This document shows, piece after piece, positions 26,135 to 38,069 of a stretch of DNA of 64,000 bases (position 1 is its first letter; every line of letters begins with the position of its first letter). The notes under the pieces are model-generated. The model searched no databases and was not told where the DNA came from. It was given only the letters and a program-made list of their open reading frames with translations. The stretch covers positions 34,968,001 through 35,032,000 of the forward strand of contig NC_043000.1 of the NCBI RefSeq assembly GCF_006345805.1, read 5' to 3'. Made by a program: the position numbers and the translations under genes. The stretch comes from Octopus sinensis (lineage: Eukaryota).

Positions 26135-26375
26135 ATATATATATATATATGTATATTTATGAGAGAGAAAGAGAGAGAGTGAGAGAGATAGCGGGTGCTA
26201 AATATGTATAATACAAATATAGCCATTGATAAATATGTATGACATGTAACTACGAAAAATTTCTGTGATATATATATCTGTGTAGTCATTGATATATATG
26301 TATAAAATATATAGCTACTGATAAATATGTCTTTTAGACAGTGACTAATAAATATGTATGATGTGTGTGTGTGTG

Positions 26376-26380
<5 letters not shown>

Positions 26381-26438
<58 letters not shown>
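26381..26438. repeat. (TA)n microsatellite (one interruption)
   Basis: Read directly from the sequence. Confidence 0.9.
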
Positions 26439-26444
<6 letters not shown>

Positions 26445-26924
26445 CAGTTAAGTATACGTTGGGTCATACAGTGGTTTTACATCAATAAAGTGCTTGCTTA
26501 GCCCTATGGTTGATTCGTCAAACTCTAATGGCAAAGGCCATATACCTCCTCAAACTTTGGAGGTTGAAATTTTTTATGGTCATTTAGTAAGCAAGAAATA
26601 ATCAATCTGGGTCAGCGAGGTTGCTTCACATGGTAAAAGCAAGTTAAGGGAGGAGTTCCCCTTTTGCCATTTTGGACCATATGGACTGGTCTAAGGGAAA
26701 TAACCTGTCCTCACTGACCCAGATGGCTTACCATGTGATTGTGATACAAACTTCGTATATATACGTGCAGGAGTGGCTGTGTGGTAAGAAGTTTGCTTCC
26801 CAACCACATAGTTCCGGGTTCAGTTCCATTGCATGGCACCTTTGGACAAGTGTCTTCTAGTATAGCCTTGGGCCATCCAAAGCCTTGTGAGTGGATTTGG
26901 TAGATGGAAACTGAAAGAAGCCCG

Positions 26925-26962
<38 letters not shown>

Positions 26963-26965
<3 letters not shown>

Positions 26966-27390
26966 GGTCCCGGGTTGATTCGGGGTTAACCACAGTAAAT
27001 AAGGTACTCAATACAAAGCAGAGTAAAATTAATTTATTATATAGAAGGAGCTTCTACAGGACTAGAACTGTTTCATTCAAGAGAAATCTTCAGGAAGCTA
27101 GTTAACAAGAATTGTATTGGCATTTATACATTTAGGCAGGTTTAACGGGGTGTTGGTGGGGGACTTTTTTGGGGGTAGGCATAGCGCAAAATATCATACT
27201 TGGGGGAGTGGTCACTCCCCCAAGTATGATATTTTGCGCTATGCCTACCCCCAAAAAAGTCCCCACCAACACCCCGTTAAACCTGCCTAAATGTATAAAT
27301 GCCAATACAATTCTTGTTAACTAGCTTCCTGAAGATTTCTCTTGAATGAAACAGTTCTAGTCCTGTAGAAGCTCCTTCTATATAATAAAT
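26963..27390 (-). mobile_element. Penelope-like pLTR fragment with inverted duplication (359-bp palindrome)
   Basis: Arms 27032-27210 and 27213-27390 are reverse complements except for one homopolymer indel, with a 2-nt spacer. The minus arm runs about 70 nt further to (TA)n. A hammerhead motif lies in each arm. Confidence 0.75.
27323..27373 (+). ncRNA. Minimal type-I hammerhead ribozyme motif (mirror copy on minus at 27049-27099)
   Basis: AGCTTC - CTGAAGA (27329-35) - T.TTC.TCTT.GAA.T (weak stem II) - GAA - ACAG ttctagtc CTGT - A (GUA site, 27367) - GAAGCT (perfect 6-bp stem I). Confidence 0.7.
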
Positions 27391-28105
27391 ATATATATAT
27401 ATATGTATATGTGTGTGTGTCTTTGTTTACATCCCCGTGACTTAGCAGTTTGGCATAAAACACCAACAGAATAAGTACTAGGCTTACAAAGCATATGTCC
27501 TGCAGTTGATTTGTTTGACTAAAGGCAGTGCTCCAGCATGGCCCCAGTCAACTGACTGAAACAAGTAAAAGAATATACATTCACAAAAATGCATATAAAG
27601 TAGATGGTATCCTATGTCCATACTACCTTGTTATGCTTTCCCCAATTCTCATCTACTTACTGAACCCTCTTCCCCACATGTTGGTTGTTGTCCCTCCACC
27701 CATACTGCCCCCCCCCCCCCGTCAAGCATTCTCCACATCTCATCTCCCTTCCTACCCCTTCCATATCACATATTACATACTTCCCCCTACCACCATCCCT
27801 TATTTTCATTATTGTCCCTTCCCTCCTCCTCTGCCCTGCTTTATATTAACGACACCTTGCATATCAGCTATCATTCCCAGCACCCACTCACACTATATAG
27901 TTGACCCTTATGTACCTGTAATTTTCACTCCTCATTGCTCATAGTCCCTGAGCCACTCCTTTCTCTCTCATCTTGCCCTCCGCCCATTCTGTTATATTTC
28001 ACCAAGCTGCACCTTCGTCCTCATTCTTCACTCACTATATTTACCTCTATCCCCCCTCCCCGTATCTATATCTATATATATATATAAACACATATGTATA
28101 TATAA

Positions 28106-28145
<40 letters not shown>

Positions 28146-28440
28146 TATATATATATGTATATATAAACACACACATATACACACACTGGTACACATGCAT
28201 ATATACATGTATATCTTCTACATGTATGTGTATGTGATTATGCATATAGATATATGTCTGCAGGTTGGTAGCTGTAGATGTTTGTCTGTAGACGTGTGTG
28301 TGTGTGTAAATGAGTATGAATAAGTATTTATGAGAAACTTGCAGCAAGCCAACTGCTGTGAAAAGCTGAAATGCATGAATGGGTAAAACAAATGACAAAC
28401 CACTTGACATGACAGGAAGACAACATGTGTATGTGTGTGT

Positions 28441-28695
28441 ATTTATGAAGAGGTTTGAGAGCAACCTTGACACCTGGGAAATGCAAGCACAAGACCACCC
28501 TGTCTGGCACAGCTGCACCAACATAGGTGCCACCTCTTGTGAACAGAACACAAAGAAAATGCAAGATGCACAAGTTGAGAGCCAACTCTTTGCCTTCAGC
28601 CACAGCAGACCACCAGTTCCTGATCTGCAACACTGTACCCCCTTTCCCCAGATGACATCCTTGGTCATCATTGATAACAATGGACAAACTAACAA
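28441..28695 (+). pseudogene. RTE/BovB-like LINE ORF2 C-terminus and 3' end
   Basis: MKRFESNLDTWEMQAQDHPVWHSCTNIGATSCEQN resembles the RTE C-terminal W..AQDR..WR..I..GA motif. The end TTGGTCATCATTGATAACAATGGACAAAC is RTE-like. Confidence 0.7.
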
Positions 28696-29211
28696 TGACG
28701 ATTTATGTATGTGTATATGCACTCACAGATGCAGAAATGTGTCAACAAATGTGAAAGTCCAACACAGCACACTACAAAGACACTAACCATCCTTTACAAA
28801 AATGCACCACACCACCACTATTCCAGTTGAAATTACTGTTACTCATTCAATATATACACATCATAAGAACAGGAGCAAAACATTATGAGACAAACACAAA
28901 GCAACAGAGTAAGTGGTGGAGGGGGAGTGCACATTGACATCAATAAGACTAATGAAAGAACTTTGACAAATCAATTTATTAATCAATGAACTAATTATTT
29001 AATTAACCGATAACATAATTCAAGTGAATTACAGCCAGTGTTTGTGTTTTATTAGTAGTGTAATAAATAATGTTTGTAATTAACGGATTTAAAAAAAAAA
29101 TTTTTTTTTACTCTAAACTGGTTATGATAATTAATAATTATAACTCTTTAAAGGGAAGTGTTAGAGTGAAGTTTTCCCATTAGGTCAGTGAAATTAATAC
29201 CAGTAATATCA

Positions 29212-29385
29212 TCATCATCAAAGTTCATTTTCCATGTTGGCATGGGATGGATGGTTTGACAGGAGCTGCTAAGCCGGATGGCTGCATCAGGCTCCAGTCA
29301 TCTGTTTTGGCATGGCTTCTACAGCTGGATGCTCTTTATAATGCAAATAGCTTTACAGATTGTACTGGGTGCTTTTTATGTTGAA
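29212..29385 (-). mobile_element. Old RTE-type tail fragment
   Basis: (CAT)n...TTTTCCATGTTGGCATGGG...CTACAGCTGGATGC. Confidence 0.65.
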
Positions 29386-29846
29386 TTAAATATAGATTTC
29401 TTAAAAATCAGTCTTGTGGCCGGGGGAGGGGGGCATTAAAAAAACATGACAAAGGAAATGATTTCACCAATGAGGGCAACATTCATGCATTGGCATCATC
29501 ATCATTTCCATCATCACTACCATCACCACTACCATCATCAATGTGATCAGCACTGACATTATCATCATCATCTCTCTCTATCTGTTTATCTGACTCTCTT
29601 TTTTTTTATGCTTTTCTCCCTGCCCTCCCCTCTCTCTCTCTCTCTATATATATATATAATGCTCTCTCTCAATCTCTTTATATGTATATCTCTTGTGTAT
29701 GCTACTCGCCATCTCTTTCTAGATCATGTGTAATGCAAATCAATCAGAGGTGGCAAGTACACCTGTCTTATGTCTTTCTGTCTATTTGTCTCTCTCTCTC
29801 TCTCTCTCATATATATAACCATACTCTCCCTCACTCTTTCTCTCTA

Positions 29847-29881
<35 letters not shown>

Positions 29882-30072
29882 CACGCTAAGTGTATGTTTT
29901 TGTATATATGTGTGCAAGGAATTTCATTAGGACAACAGAGTCAAAAGACCCTCACAAAGAATCAGGAAGAAGTTCAGGAGACACCCCGAACAGAGAAGGA
30001 ATAAACTTGATGATATGCAAGCACAATGCTCTGTCGCACAGTCTCAAGAGATACCTGAATATAGGCTGCATT

Positions 30073-30417
30073 ACATTATTTACATTTGATGGATATTTGT
30101 CCTCATCTTGTTTATTGTTTGCACAACCTTTCAGCTGATATACCCTCCAGCCTTCATCAGGTGTCTTGGGGAAATTCCGAACCTGGGTTCTCATTCCTAA
30201 GGCATTTTTCGATGTTATTACTATTATTATTATTCAGGTCACTACCTGGAATCAAACTCGAAATGTTAGGGTTAGTAGCCTGCGCTCTTAACCACTAAAC
30301 CGTATGTATGCCCATGGGCATATCAGCCGAAACGTGTTAACAACAAGCAAGACGAGGACAAATATCCGTCAAATGTAAATAATGTACATAATTCCTCATC
30401 TCTTAAATATAGAACTG
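30073..30417 (-). mobile_element. tRNA-headed, hammerhead-tailed non-autonomous element with inverted 3' duplication and 13-bp TSD
   Basis: TSD TATAGGCTGCATT at 30060-30072 and 30418-30430. The minus arm has a tRNA-like head (TTTAGTGGTTAAGAGCG...GGCTACTAACC...GAGTTTGATTCC), an (AAT)n linker and CTGATGA-AGGCTG..CAGCT-GAAA. The plus arm (30320-30417) repeats the 3' end. Confidence 0.75.
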
Positions 30418-31639
30418 TATAGGCTGCATTGATTAGATAAGTGCACAAGATCCTCCATCACTCTGACTCGGGAGATGATGTCCCATTTCAGTTCAAATGA
30501 GTTCAATTTCCAGTGAGTCTTAGTTTTGCTATGAGCATCAGCATATTGCAAGCACAGACATTTTCAGTTGAACAGCTTTTCATTTTAACTGGCTTTGGAA
30601 AAAAAGGTTTCATAATATGAACAGTGTCATCTATTGAAGAAATACATCCAAGATATTTGTTGAAATATGATAGTCCATTCTTAGTCTTCCAGTTATTCTC
30701 TTTGTTTTCTATGTTTTCTTAATGAGCAAAGTATCTTTATTTCAATTAATTTAATTGAAGCACTTATTCCTATTTGATTTATAATTGATAATGACATTGT
30801 GTGTGAGAAACTTTTCCTATCGCTGGCACAATATTTTACCTGCCATAATCAGACATTACACAGATGCAACAGACGTGTTGTTTCCTGTTCATTATTAGAA
30901 TTAGGAAACACATTAAAACCTCACAGAACTTAGGATTAGAAAATGTGTTAAATATCACAGAACTTATGCTAACTGAGGGAAAAAGAAACTGTAAAAAAAT
31001 ATGCAAATGAAAACATTTCTTCAAAGTCAATTTCCACAGTATTTACTGAAAATATTATTACATATGTCTCTGGAAAATATGTTGTAGAGTTTATTTTAAA
31101 TAATGTTGTGAAGATAGAAATTCTATTAAATTTTACCAAGAAGCATTATTTGTTGAATGCATCTTTTTCCCTATGATAGCAGAATAAGTTATAAAGATGT
31201 ACAAAATATTATTTCTATCTTTTGATCTATCTGTGTGATATCATTTACTGAGATAAGATATATTTTATCAAAAAGTCTTTTTTCGTTTCTTCACTCTCTT
31301 CCTTTTACTCTATATACACATTAATATTTTTTAAGCATACAAAATTATTACGGTACCTTATTGTAAGAACATAATGCATTGCTTCCAGAGCAGAGTGCAG
31401 CTGTTGCAACCATTTTAAAGTGGTTGCTTGTTGACTGCTCTTATTTATCAATAGCTTTTTATTTATTTATTTATTTATTTGTTGATTTTATATTTTTATA
31501 CAATGTGCCATACTGAACTGGAGAGTATTTATAACTGAAAGGGACCTTCAAGTTATTAAATGGGCTCTAAACTATTACAGGGGACCATAAACTATTCAGT
31601 GCCCTATTTTTGTTATAGAAATACTGGAGTTGGTAATAA

Positions 31640-31915
31640 TGATAATCCTTTTGTGGGGAGTGGGACAATCGATGATATTTGACCGGTACTTAATTTATCG
31701 ACCCTGAAATTTGAACTCAGAATGTAGCGATGGGCGAAATACCACTAAGCATTTTGCCCACTGTGCTAACAATTCTGCTTCTGGTTCTTTATTTTATCAA
31801 TCCTGAAAAGTTGAAAGTGAAGTTGAGTGGGATTTGAACTCAAAAGGTAAAGAGGTAGAAGGATGGAAGAAATGCCACTACCTATTTTGTCTGATGCCCT
31901 GACGTTTCTGCAGCT
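31640..31915 (-). mobile_element. Two decayed SINE family B fragments
   Basis: ATTTGAACTCAGAATGTAGCG...CTAAGCATTTTGCCC, and a second GGATTTGAACTCAAAAGG copy. Confidence 0.6.
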
Positions 31916-32079
31916 GGGGGATGGGGGGATTTCCATTGGTTTCAGAAAATTTCAAGTCATGAAATGATCCACGTTACTTAAAAGAAGAAAGCATAAGAAT
32001 ATTTGAAAAAAAAAAAACTGAGGAATTTATAAAATAATATCGTAAATTTGGCTTTTTCTCAGCCATCCAGTCAGTTTAA

Positions 32080-32286
32080 CCCTTTTGTTACCGTTTTTCT
32101 ATTGAAGTCCATTACTTTTGAAAAAAATAAACTATTTTGTAATATAAATCTGTCACTATCAGGCTGGTGCTTGGAACATGACTTAACGTGAAATTTTGAT
32201 GGAAGGTTTCCATTTAGATCACTTTAAGGCAAGAAGTTTCTATCATGGAATCAGAGGCAGTCTCATGCAGGTTGCTATTAAAAGAG
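32080..32286. mobile_element. piggyBac-like MITE
   Basis: TTAA at 32076-79 and 32287-90 flank the termini CCCTTTTGTTACC...GGTTGCTATTAAAAGAG (imperfect TIR). Confidence 0.55.
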
Positions 32287-32675
32287 TTAAACCAGAGAGA
32301 ATCATTTTGTTTGATTTCTCTTAGACAATGATTTTGGTGTTAAAGCCACTGACATCATTGTTTCTGTATTTATTAGGTCTGGAGGAAATGGCCCCTCAAA
32401 ATAAGGGTAGAGGAACATGAGGAGATATTGATAAATCAGGTATAGCTGATCCATGTATGGAAAAATGGAGACCACCTCCCCTTGTAGGATGAGTTAAAAT
32501 AATAAACAGAGAACACCACTGGAAAATACAAAAATAAAAGAAGCAGTACATATGCTGGGACACAACCACCTCCTAAGCAGACTGAGTGCAGATATGAGTA
32601 GCATATGGGGACCGGTATTAAGGAAGGCTACGAAAATATTAGATTTATAAGCCCTAAATTTCACTCCATAATTGT

Positions 32676-32858
32676 CCATGGGCATATGGCATAGTGGTTA
32701 AGAGCATGGGCTGCTAACCCCAAGATTCCAAGCAGTGACCTGAACAATAATAATACTATCGAAAAATACCTTTGGAATAAGAACCCAGGTTCGAAATTTC
32801 CCAAGGGTATATCAGCTGAAACGTGTTAACAACAAACAAGATGAGGATGGATAATGTA
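32676..32858 (+). mobile_element. Internally deleted copy of the tRNA-headed hammerhead element
   Basis: CCATGGGCATATGGCATAGTGGTTAAGAGC...GGGCTGCTAACCC head, GGAATAAGAACCCAGGTTCGAAATTTCCC and ATATCAGCTGAAACGTGTTAACAAC. The B box and the CTGATGA half are deleted. Confidence 0.75.
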
Positions 32859-33019
32859 GAATTACATTGCCCAAGTTACTCATACCCAAGCTCTCTCTTT
32901 GATTGCATATAACAATCAAAGGGAAGCGAATCTTGTTCTAGGTGAATGAAAGAGGACATTGGACTGGTTGTCCTGTTCTCACAACAAATAAGAGAAAAAG
33001 CAATAGAATAAGGGCAATG

Positions 33020-33495
33020 TGATAAAACTTGAGGAGGCTGCTATGTCTATGGTAGCAAAAAGTGTCTTTGTCTAAGGAAAACTGTGGTGTTTGTGTGCAA
33101 AGTGCAGTATGGTATGGTGGTAGAACATGGCCATTGTAAAAGGCAGGAACAAATGCAGCCAACATGCTGCACTGGGTGTTTGATGTTGGGGTGCATCAAC
33201 GATTGAACATAGATGAGTTAAAGGGAAAACTGGACAGAAGAGGAATTGGATATAGTGTGAAGACTGAGCAGGTATTAGCCAGTGATGTGGAATAGAGATT
33301 GAAAGTGAATCAAATGGAGGAAAGTTATGGAAGAGAGAGAAATGGAAAGATTTGGTGACGAATGATATGAGGAAGTTCAGCAAGGAGATGATAAGATACC
33401 ACAATAACTGGTAAAAGATGGATGAGGAAACAAGTCTGCCTTTGTCATGCAAGCAAGGAAAAATGGATGTAAAAACGATGCTGATGATGCTGTTG
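33020..33495 (+). pseudogene. Decayed RTE LINE 3' end
   Basis: Traces of CVQSAVWYGGRTWPL, NMLHWVFDVGVHQR and ELKGKL, followed by the tail GTCATGCAAGCAAGGAAAAATGGATGTAAAAACGATG. Confidence 0.6.
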
Positions 33496-34338
33496 TTGCA
33501 GCTGGCAGTATAAAGAATCTCATGTTGTGAAGTCAACTACTTTGACCTTAAATGTCTGAAGGGAGGACCTGCTAAGTTTATGGTCACCACCACTCCCCTC
33601 TATGAACAAAAGTTATTTGGAAGCCACATAGATTGAAACCGTATAAAAGTCTGTATATGTTTGATTTCATTATCTCTGCTTAAGTCAGTGATTTGGCTTG
33701 GGATTGTGTTTATCTTCTTTGATAAAAACTTACATATATTATCTGTTTGATCTGATTTTCAGGTTACATTTAGCTGCATATGTAGCATTAAAGCTATGAC
33801 TAAAAACCTAATAAAATATTAATATATTATTTGTTTTTGTGTAGTTATGCGATTATAGCAATATATGTGTGATCAGCTAAACTGTTTATATACAGGTTTC
33901 TCTCTCTAATGCAATTATTATTTTATGGCTCCTATCTCGAGTTTCTACTTCTTGTGAATGTTAGTGTGGTAAATAACACTTTTATAAATGTCATATCTAA
34001 ATCTACTGATTTTCAACATCATTATAGTTTTAGCATTCATTTCTCTATACAGTTTATAGATTAAACAAGTTTCTAGTGGAGCATCTCATTCTGTGAGGCC
34101 CAAAGATTATTATACCATTTTTGCAATAAATGAAACTTTCTCTTTCAAACATAGAATACTCCTTTCAAAGCTTTTATGATACACACACACACACATATGC
34201 ATACAGATGCAAATGTATGTACAGATAGGAATACATACCACAGAAAGACAAAATGGAATCAGCAAAACAAGAAGAGACACATGGGATAAAGAGTCACTGA
34301 AGAGGTTACAGGATGTGTGACGAAGGAACTTTGACAAA

Positions 34339-34369
<31 letters not shown>

Positions 34370-34402
34370 AGCTGAAATGAAGGCCAAATATATAGTTCAT
34401 GT

Positions 34403-34725
34403 AGTTCTATATTTAAGAGAAGAGGAATTATGTACGTTTGACAGATATTTGTCCTCATCTTGTTTGTTGTTAACATGTTTTGGTTGATATACCCTCCAGC
34501 CTTCATCAGGTATCTTGCGGAAATTTTGAACCTAGGTTCTCATTCCTAACGTATTTTTTGATATTGTTGTTGTTGCTGCTGCTGTTGTTGTTGTTCCTCC
34601 TTAGGAATGAGAACCCAGGTTCAAAATTTCCCCAAGACACCTGATGAAGGCTGGAAGGTATATCAGCTGAAACGTTGTTAACAACAAACAAGATTAGAAC
34701 AAATATCCATCAAATGTAAATAATG
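34403..34725. mobile_element. Head-to-head inverted pair of hammerhead-bearing tails (same family as 30073) with 14-bp TSD
   Basis: TSD TATATAGTTCATGT at 34389-34402 and 34726-34739. Arms are about 34403-34595 (minus) and 34598-34725 (plus). The core CTGATGA (34641-47)...GAAACGTT (34669-76) is intact in the plus arm. Confidence 0.8.
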
Positions 34726-35254
34726 TATATAGTTCATGTGTTTAATTGGCAACATATGACCATCCCCAAGTATGACAATAATTTAATTTGAAAAGGCATC
34801 TTTTCATCTCCTTGTTTATTAATGATTAATACAAATATACTTCACAGTTTCTTTTTGCTTCACTTGCAAGACTATTACAAGAGCTTACAATTAATTGTAA
34901 TAGAAAACTGTTGTCTGCTTTAATAATAGAAATACTGAAAATATTTCTGCTGCTGTTCTTATATTTTGCATAAAAATTGTCATCCAGAAGGGTTACAAAA
35001 CAAGTCTTTTAAAAGATTCATTGCCCTTGAGTGTGCTTAATCATCCATCTTCAGCGAAAACAGAATAACTTCCATCAGTTTGTTTTTCTGCCAACTTGAG
35101 ATGCTACATACACTGTTAACCCTATCGAAAATATTGGAACCATGAGATGGCAGAAATGACCTAGAACATTCTTTCCTGATGTTAGTGTTACAGCATGATC
35201 CAACTGAGCAACAGGTTGTACTGGGTTACATGTTACCTGTAACACGAGAGCAAC

Positions 35255-35260
<6 letters not shown>

Positions 35261-35324
<64 letters not shown>
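35261..35324. repeat. (TA)32 microsatellite
   Basis: Read directly from the sequence. Confidence 0.95.
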
Positions 35325-35330
<6 letters not shown>

Positions 35331-35995
35331 TATTAGTGAAGTCCTGTTATTTGTATGATCAGGAGCGTCAGCTCAGACTGTTTATATTGCTTGGTTTTCC
35401 TAGTTGGATCCTGTGTATTGTGGTTTCTTCTCTAAGATCCAGCTGGGTTGATGGTTCATGTTGGTTGGCCAGATGCCTCAGAGCCATGGTGAATGACGAA
35501 GTATCTTAGTGAGAGGGAAACTGAGTGGGACTCTACTTGAAGGGTTTCCCAGGACAACCTGAACAAATATAGAGAAACGATGGTGTCAGCGACATGCTAC
35601 AATGGCACAAGCTGCCATACCTAACCTAAAGTCAAAGTTATGTAACAAAAACCATAGATATACAGGGGAAACACTATGAACTAGTGAAGTGAGGCTGGTG
35701 ATAGTTTCATTGACCACAAATGCTATTTTACTTGTTGGAAGGTAATAATAGTGGGGGAAATGATACAAAACATACAATATAGGAAAAAGTTGTACCTAAT
35801 TCTGAATCAAGATTTAAAAGTACAAAGAAGTTTGTTACCTTTTCTGACTATAAAAGAGCCTTTCACTGTTAGTTGGCTATGGGACTTGTCTGCATAGGAG
35901 CATAATTCTTCTGTACAACAGGTGCTTCTTCCAGCTTTGTCAAACTCTGCCTAACCAGCCTGAGTGAACTTCCCATTTAAATATATTGCAATGGA

Positions 35996-36043
<48 letters not shown>

Positions 36044-36697
36044 CATACATATATATATATGTTTATGTAAAATCTATTTTTGCATATGACAGCAAAAAGT
36101 AAAGGCAAGTAGCCATTATATTACTTACACAACACCAATTTATTTGGTGTAAGTACATCAAGAAACAATATTCTTTCCAATATCATTGATATAATTAATC
36201 AGTAAGTATAGTGTGTAGCTTGAAATATAAGTATGGTCTTCTCCACCGATATAGATTTTAATATTTGATTGTAATGTCTTAAGCATGTGTAGAGGTAATA
36301 TAGATGCAAAAATGTGGTTTTGTGTGTGTGTGTGTGCGTGTGCGTGCGTGCTTATATCTGCCTTTGTGTGTTGGCAATTTACTAGTAGGCTAATTAGCAA
36401 AAAGTTATTTCAATTATTTGTGCTGACAGACAATATCTTATATTAATGCCATTGCAAACATATTTATTGATTTCTATAGATAAATAGAATACATGGTTTG
36501 ATTTTTATAAGTATTGATTGCAATACAGTACCAGATGATGTCATGCAGCAGAGACTCATCATAACCAAGACAGTATTTAAAAAAAAAAGTGCTTCCTTAT
36601 TTTTTGTGACACTTGCTGCAACTGTGGTCATTATTGGAAACCTCCTATATGCTGAGGTCCTTGTCCTTAGAAGAGCTGAATCTGTTGTAAGATTCAT

Positions 36698-36945
36698 CAT
36701 CATCATCATCATTTAAAGTCCGCTTTCCATGCTAGCATGGGTTGGACGACTTTGACTGAGGGCTGGCAAACCAGATGGCTGCATCAGGCTCCAATCTTGA
36801 TCTGGCAGAGTTTCTACAGCTGGATGCCCTTCCTAACGTCAACCACTCCGAGAATGTAGTTGGTGCTTTTTACGTGCCACTGGCATGGGGGCCTGTCAGG
36901 CGGTACTGGCAACGACCTCGCTCGAATCTTTTTACGCATGCCAGT
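36698..36945 (-). mobile_element. Young RTE-type 3' UTR fragment
   Basis: (CAT)n-TTAAAGTCCGCTTTCCATGCTAGCATGGG...GGCAACGACCTCGCTCGAATC. Confidence 0.85.
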
Positions 36946-36954
36946 GAAGCAACG

Positions 36955-37440
36955 TTGGCTTTCCAAAATTGGAAGAAAACCCTAGAATTGAAAGATCTTG
37001 GAGTGTATTTTGCAAAGACTAAAGTATTAGGTTGTAGGGAAAATGACAGGGCTCTGCTTTCATCAGGGAAATGATGTAGAAAAGACGTAGATAGGAACTC
37101 GGTATGCATCCATAGGGGAAACTATGGCTGTGCAAAAGGTGCACTGAGATCATAGGTTAATTGTAAAAGCAGACCTCTCACGGGGCTGGTAAACAGATTG
37201 TCTGAAATGCCTGGAAGGTTTCCAAAAAGTAGTTGATAGTTACTGTTACTTAAGTGTCCTAATTAGCAGTTGTGGAAATTGATCTGAAAGTATAGAAGCC
37301 AGAGGGAGAATAGGCAGGAGAAAGTTCAGGAGGCTATTTGCCTCTTTTGGCATTAAAAAAGTTTCACTTTCAGAGTGAACACCAGACTGTATGAGGCTTG
37401 TACACAAACTACAATGCTATTTGGTAGTGAACCTTGAATG
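36955..37440 (+). pseudogene. Decayed RTE LINE reverse-transcriptase C-terminal region
   Basis: FQNWKKTLELKDLGVYFAKTKVL (compare W...LE.KGL.VN..KTKV), then traces of VVDSY.YL, GRRKFRRL and LYEACTQTTMLFGSE. Confidence 0.7.
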
Positions 37441-38069
37441 TAAAATTCAAGAAAACTAGGAAGAAATGGAGTGTACTCCACTGGGTATGTAATGTTAATG
37501 GAATGATGGAGTACGAATGTACTGAGAGAGAAAAAAAACTAACAACTTTGCATTAGAGAAATCCAATGTAGTGTGTAAGAGAAAAGGCTGGGTTGGTACA
37601 GGATGTGATGAGTATTGATGGAAAGAATTGCTAAGTGCTCAAAGTAGATGGAATGTGGAAGAGGAGACACATTTCATTGTATTGAAATGCTTTCTGAAAT
37701 AAATATACACTTCATTTTAAGGACTTAAAGAAAGTAATGTTGTGCAAGCACTTTGCTCTGAGTGTACTACTACTTATAGCAGAAACAGCTGTGAGCTAAT
37801 GAAGTTCTTTATGTAATTCCTGTTCCCTTGTCATTCATTAATGACCTGTTTCCCTACTAACTAACTACAAGTATGTTGTATGGTAATCATCAGATCTTCA
37901 GAAGAAAATAGTAACTAAATCCATTGCTATTCACCACCTTGGTTGATTGATTGTGCTAAATGTGTGTGTGTGTGTATTTTGCCATCTGTGCATCATACTA
38001 AATGTATGTACACTGTTGAAAGCTATGATCCTATGGTTTTATTGTTGTTATTGTTAGGGCAGAAAGCTT

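Larger units (their letters stand above)
26768..27573 (+). mobile_element. CORE-SINE family C split by a Penelope-like insertion in its internal (TA)n
   Basis: Head at 26768-26927, (TA)n, insertion at 26963-27390, (TA)/(TG), then tail TTTACATCCCCGTGACTTAGC...CTGAAACAAGTAAAAGA. Confidence 0.85.

Noticed and set aside
26453-26763. Possible small mariner-type MITE with internal inverted repeat CTGGGTCAGCGAGG/CCTCACTGACCCAG
   Set aside because: Terminal repeats are too degenerate to call.
27528-28323. Long Pro/His/Tyr/Ile-rich ORFs, and similar ones at 43399-43992, 47231-47895 and 52365-52826
   Set aside because: They are open only because of pyrimidine-rich low-complexity sequence and (TA)/(CA)/(TG) microsatellites; no protein features were seen.
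30241-30320. Possible tRNA gene (also SINE heads at 8130, 26768 and 32676)
   Set aside because: No closing acceptor stem, and each continues into a repeat body, so these are SINE-type heads rather than tRNA genes.
35060-35150. VNPIENIG resembling the Tc1 motif DLNPIENLW
   Set aside because: Too short, with no other transposase motif or TIR to support a call.
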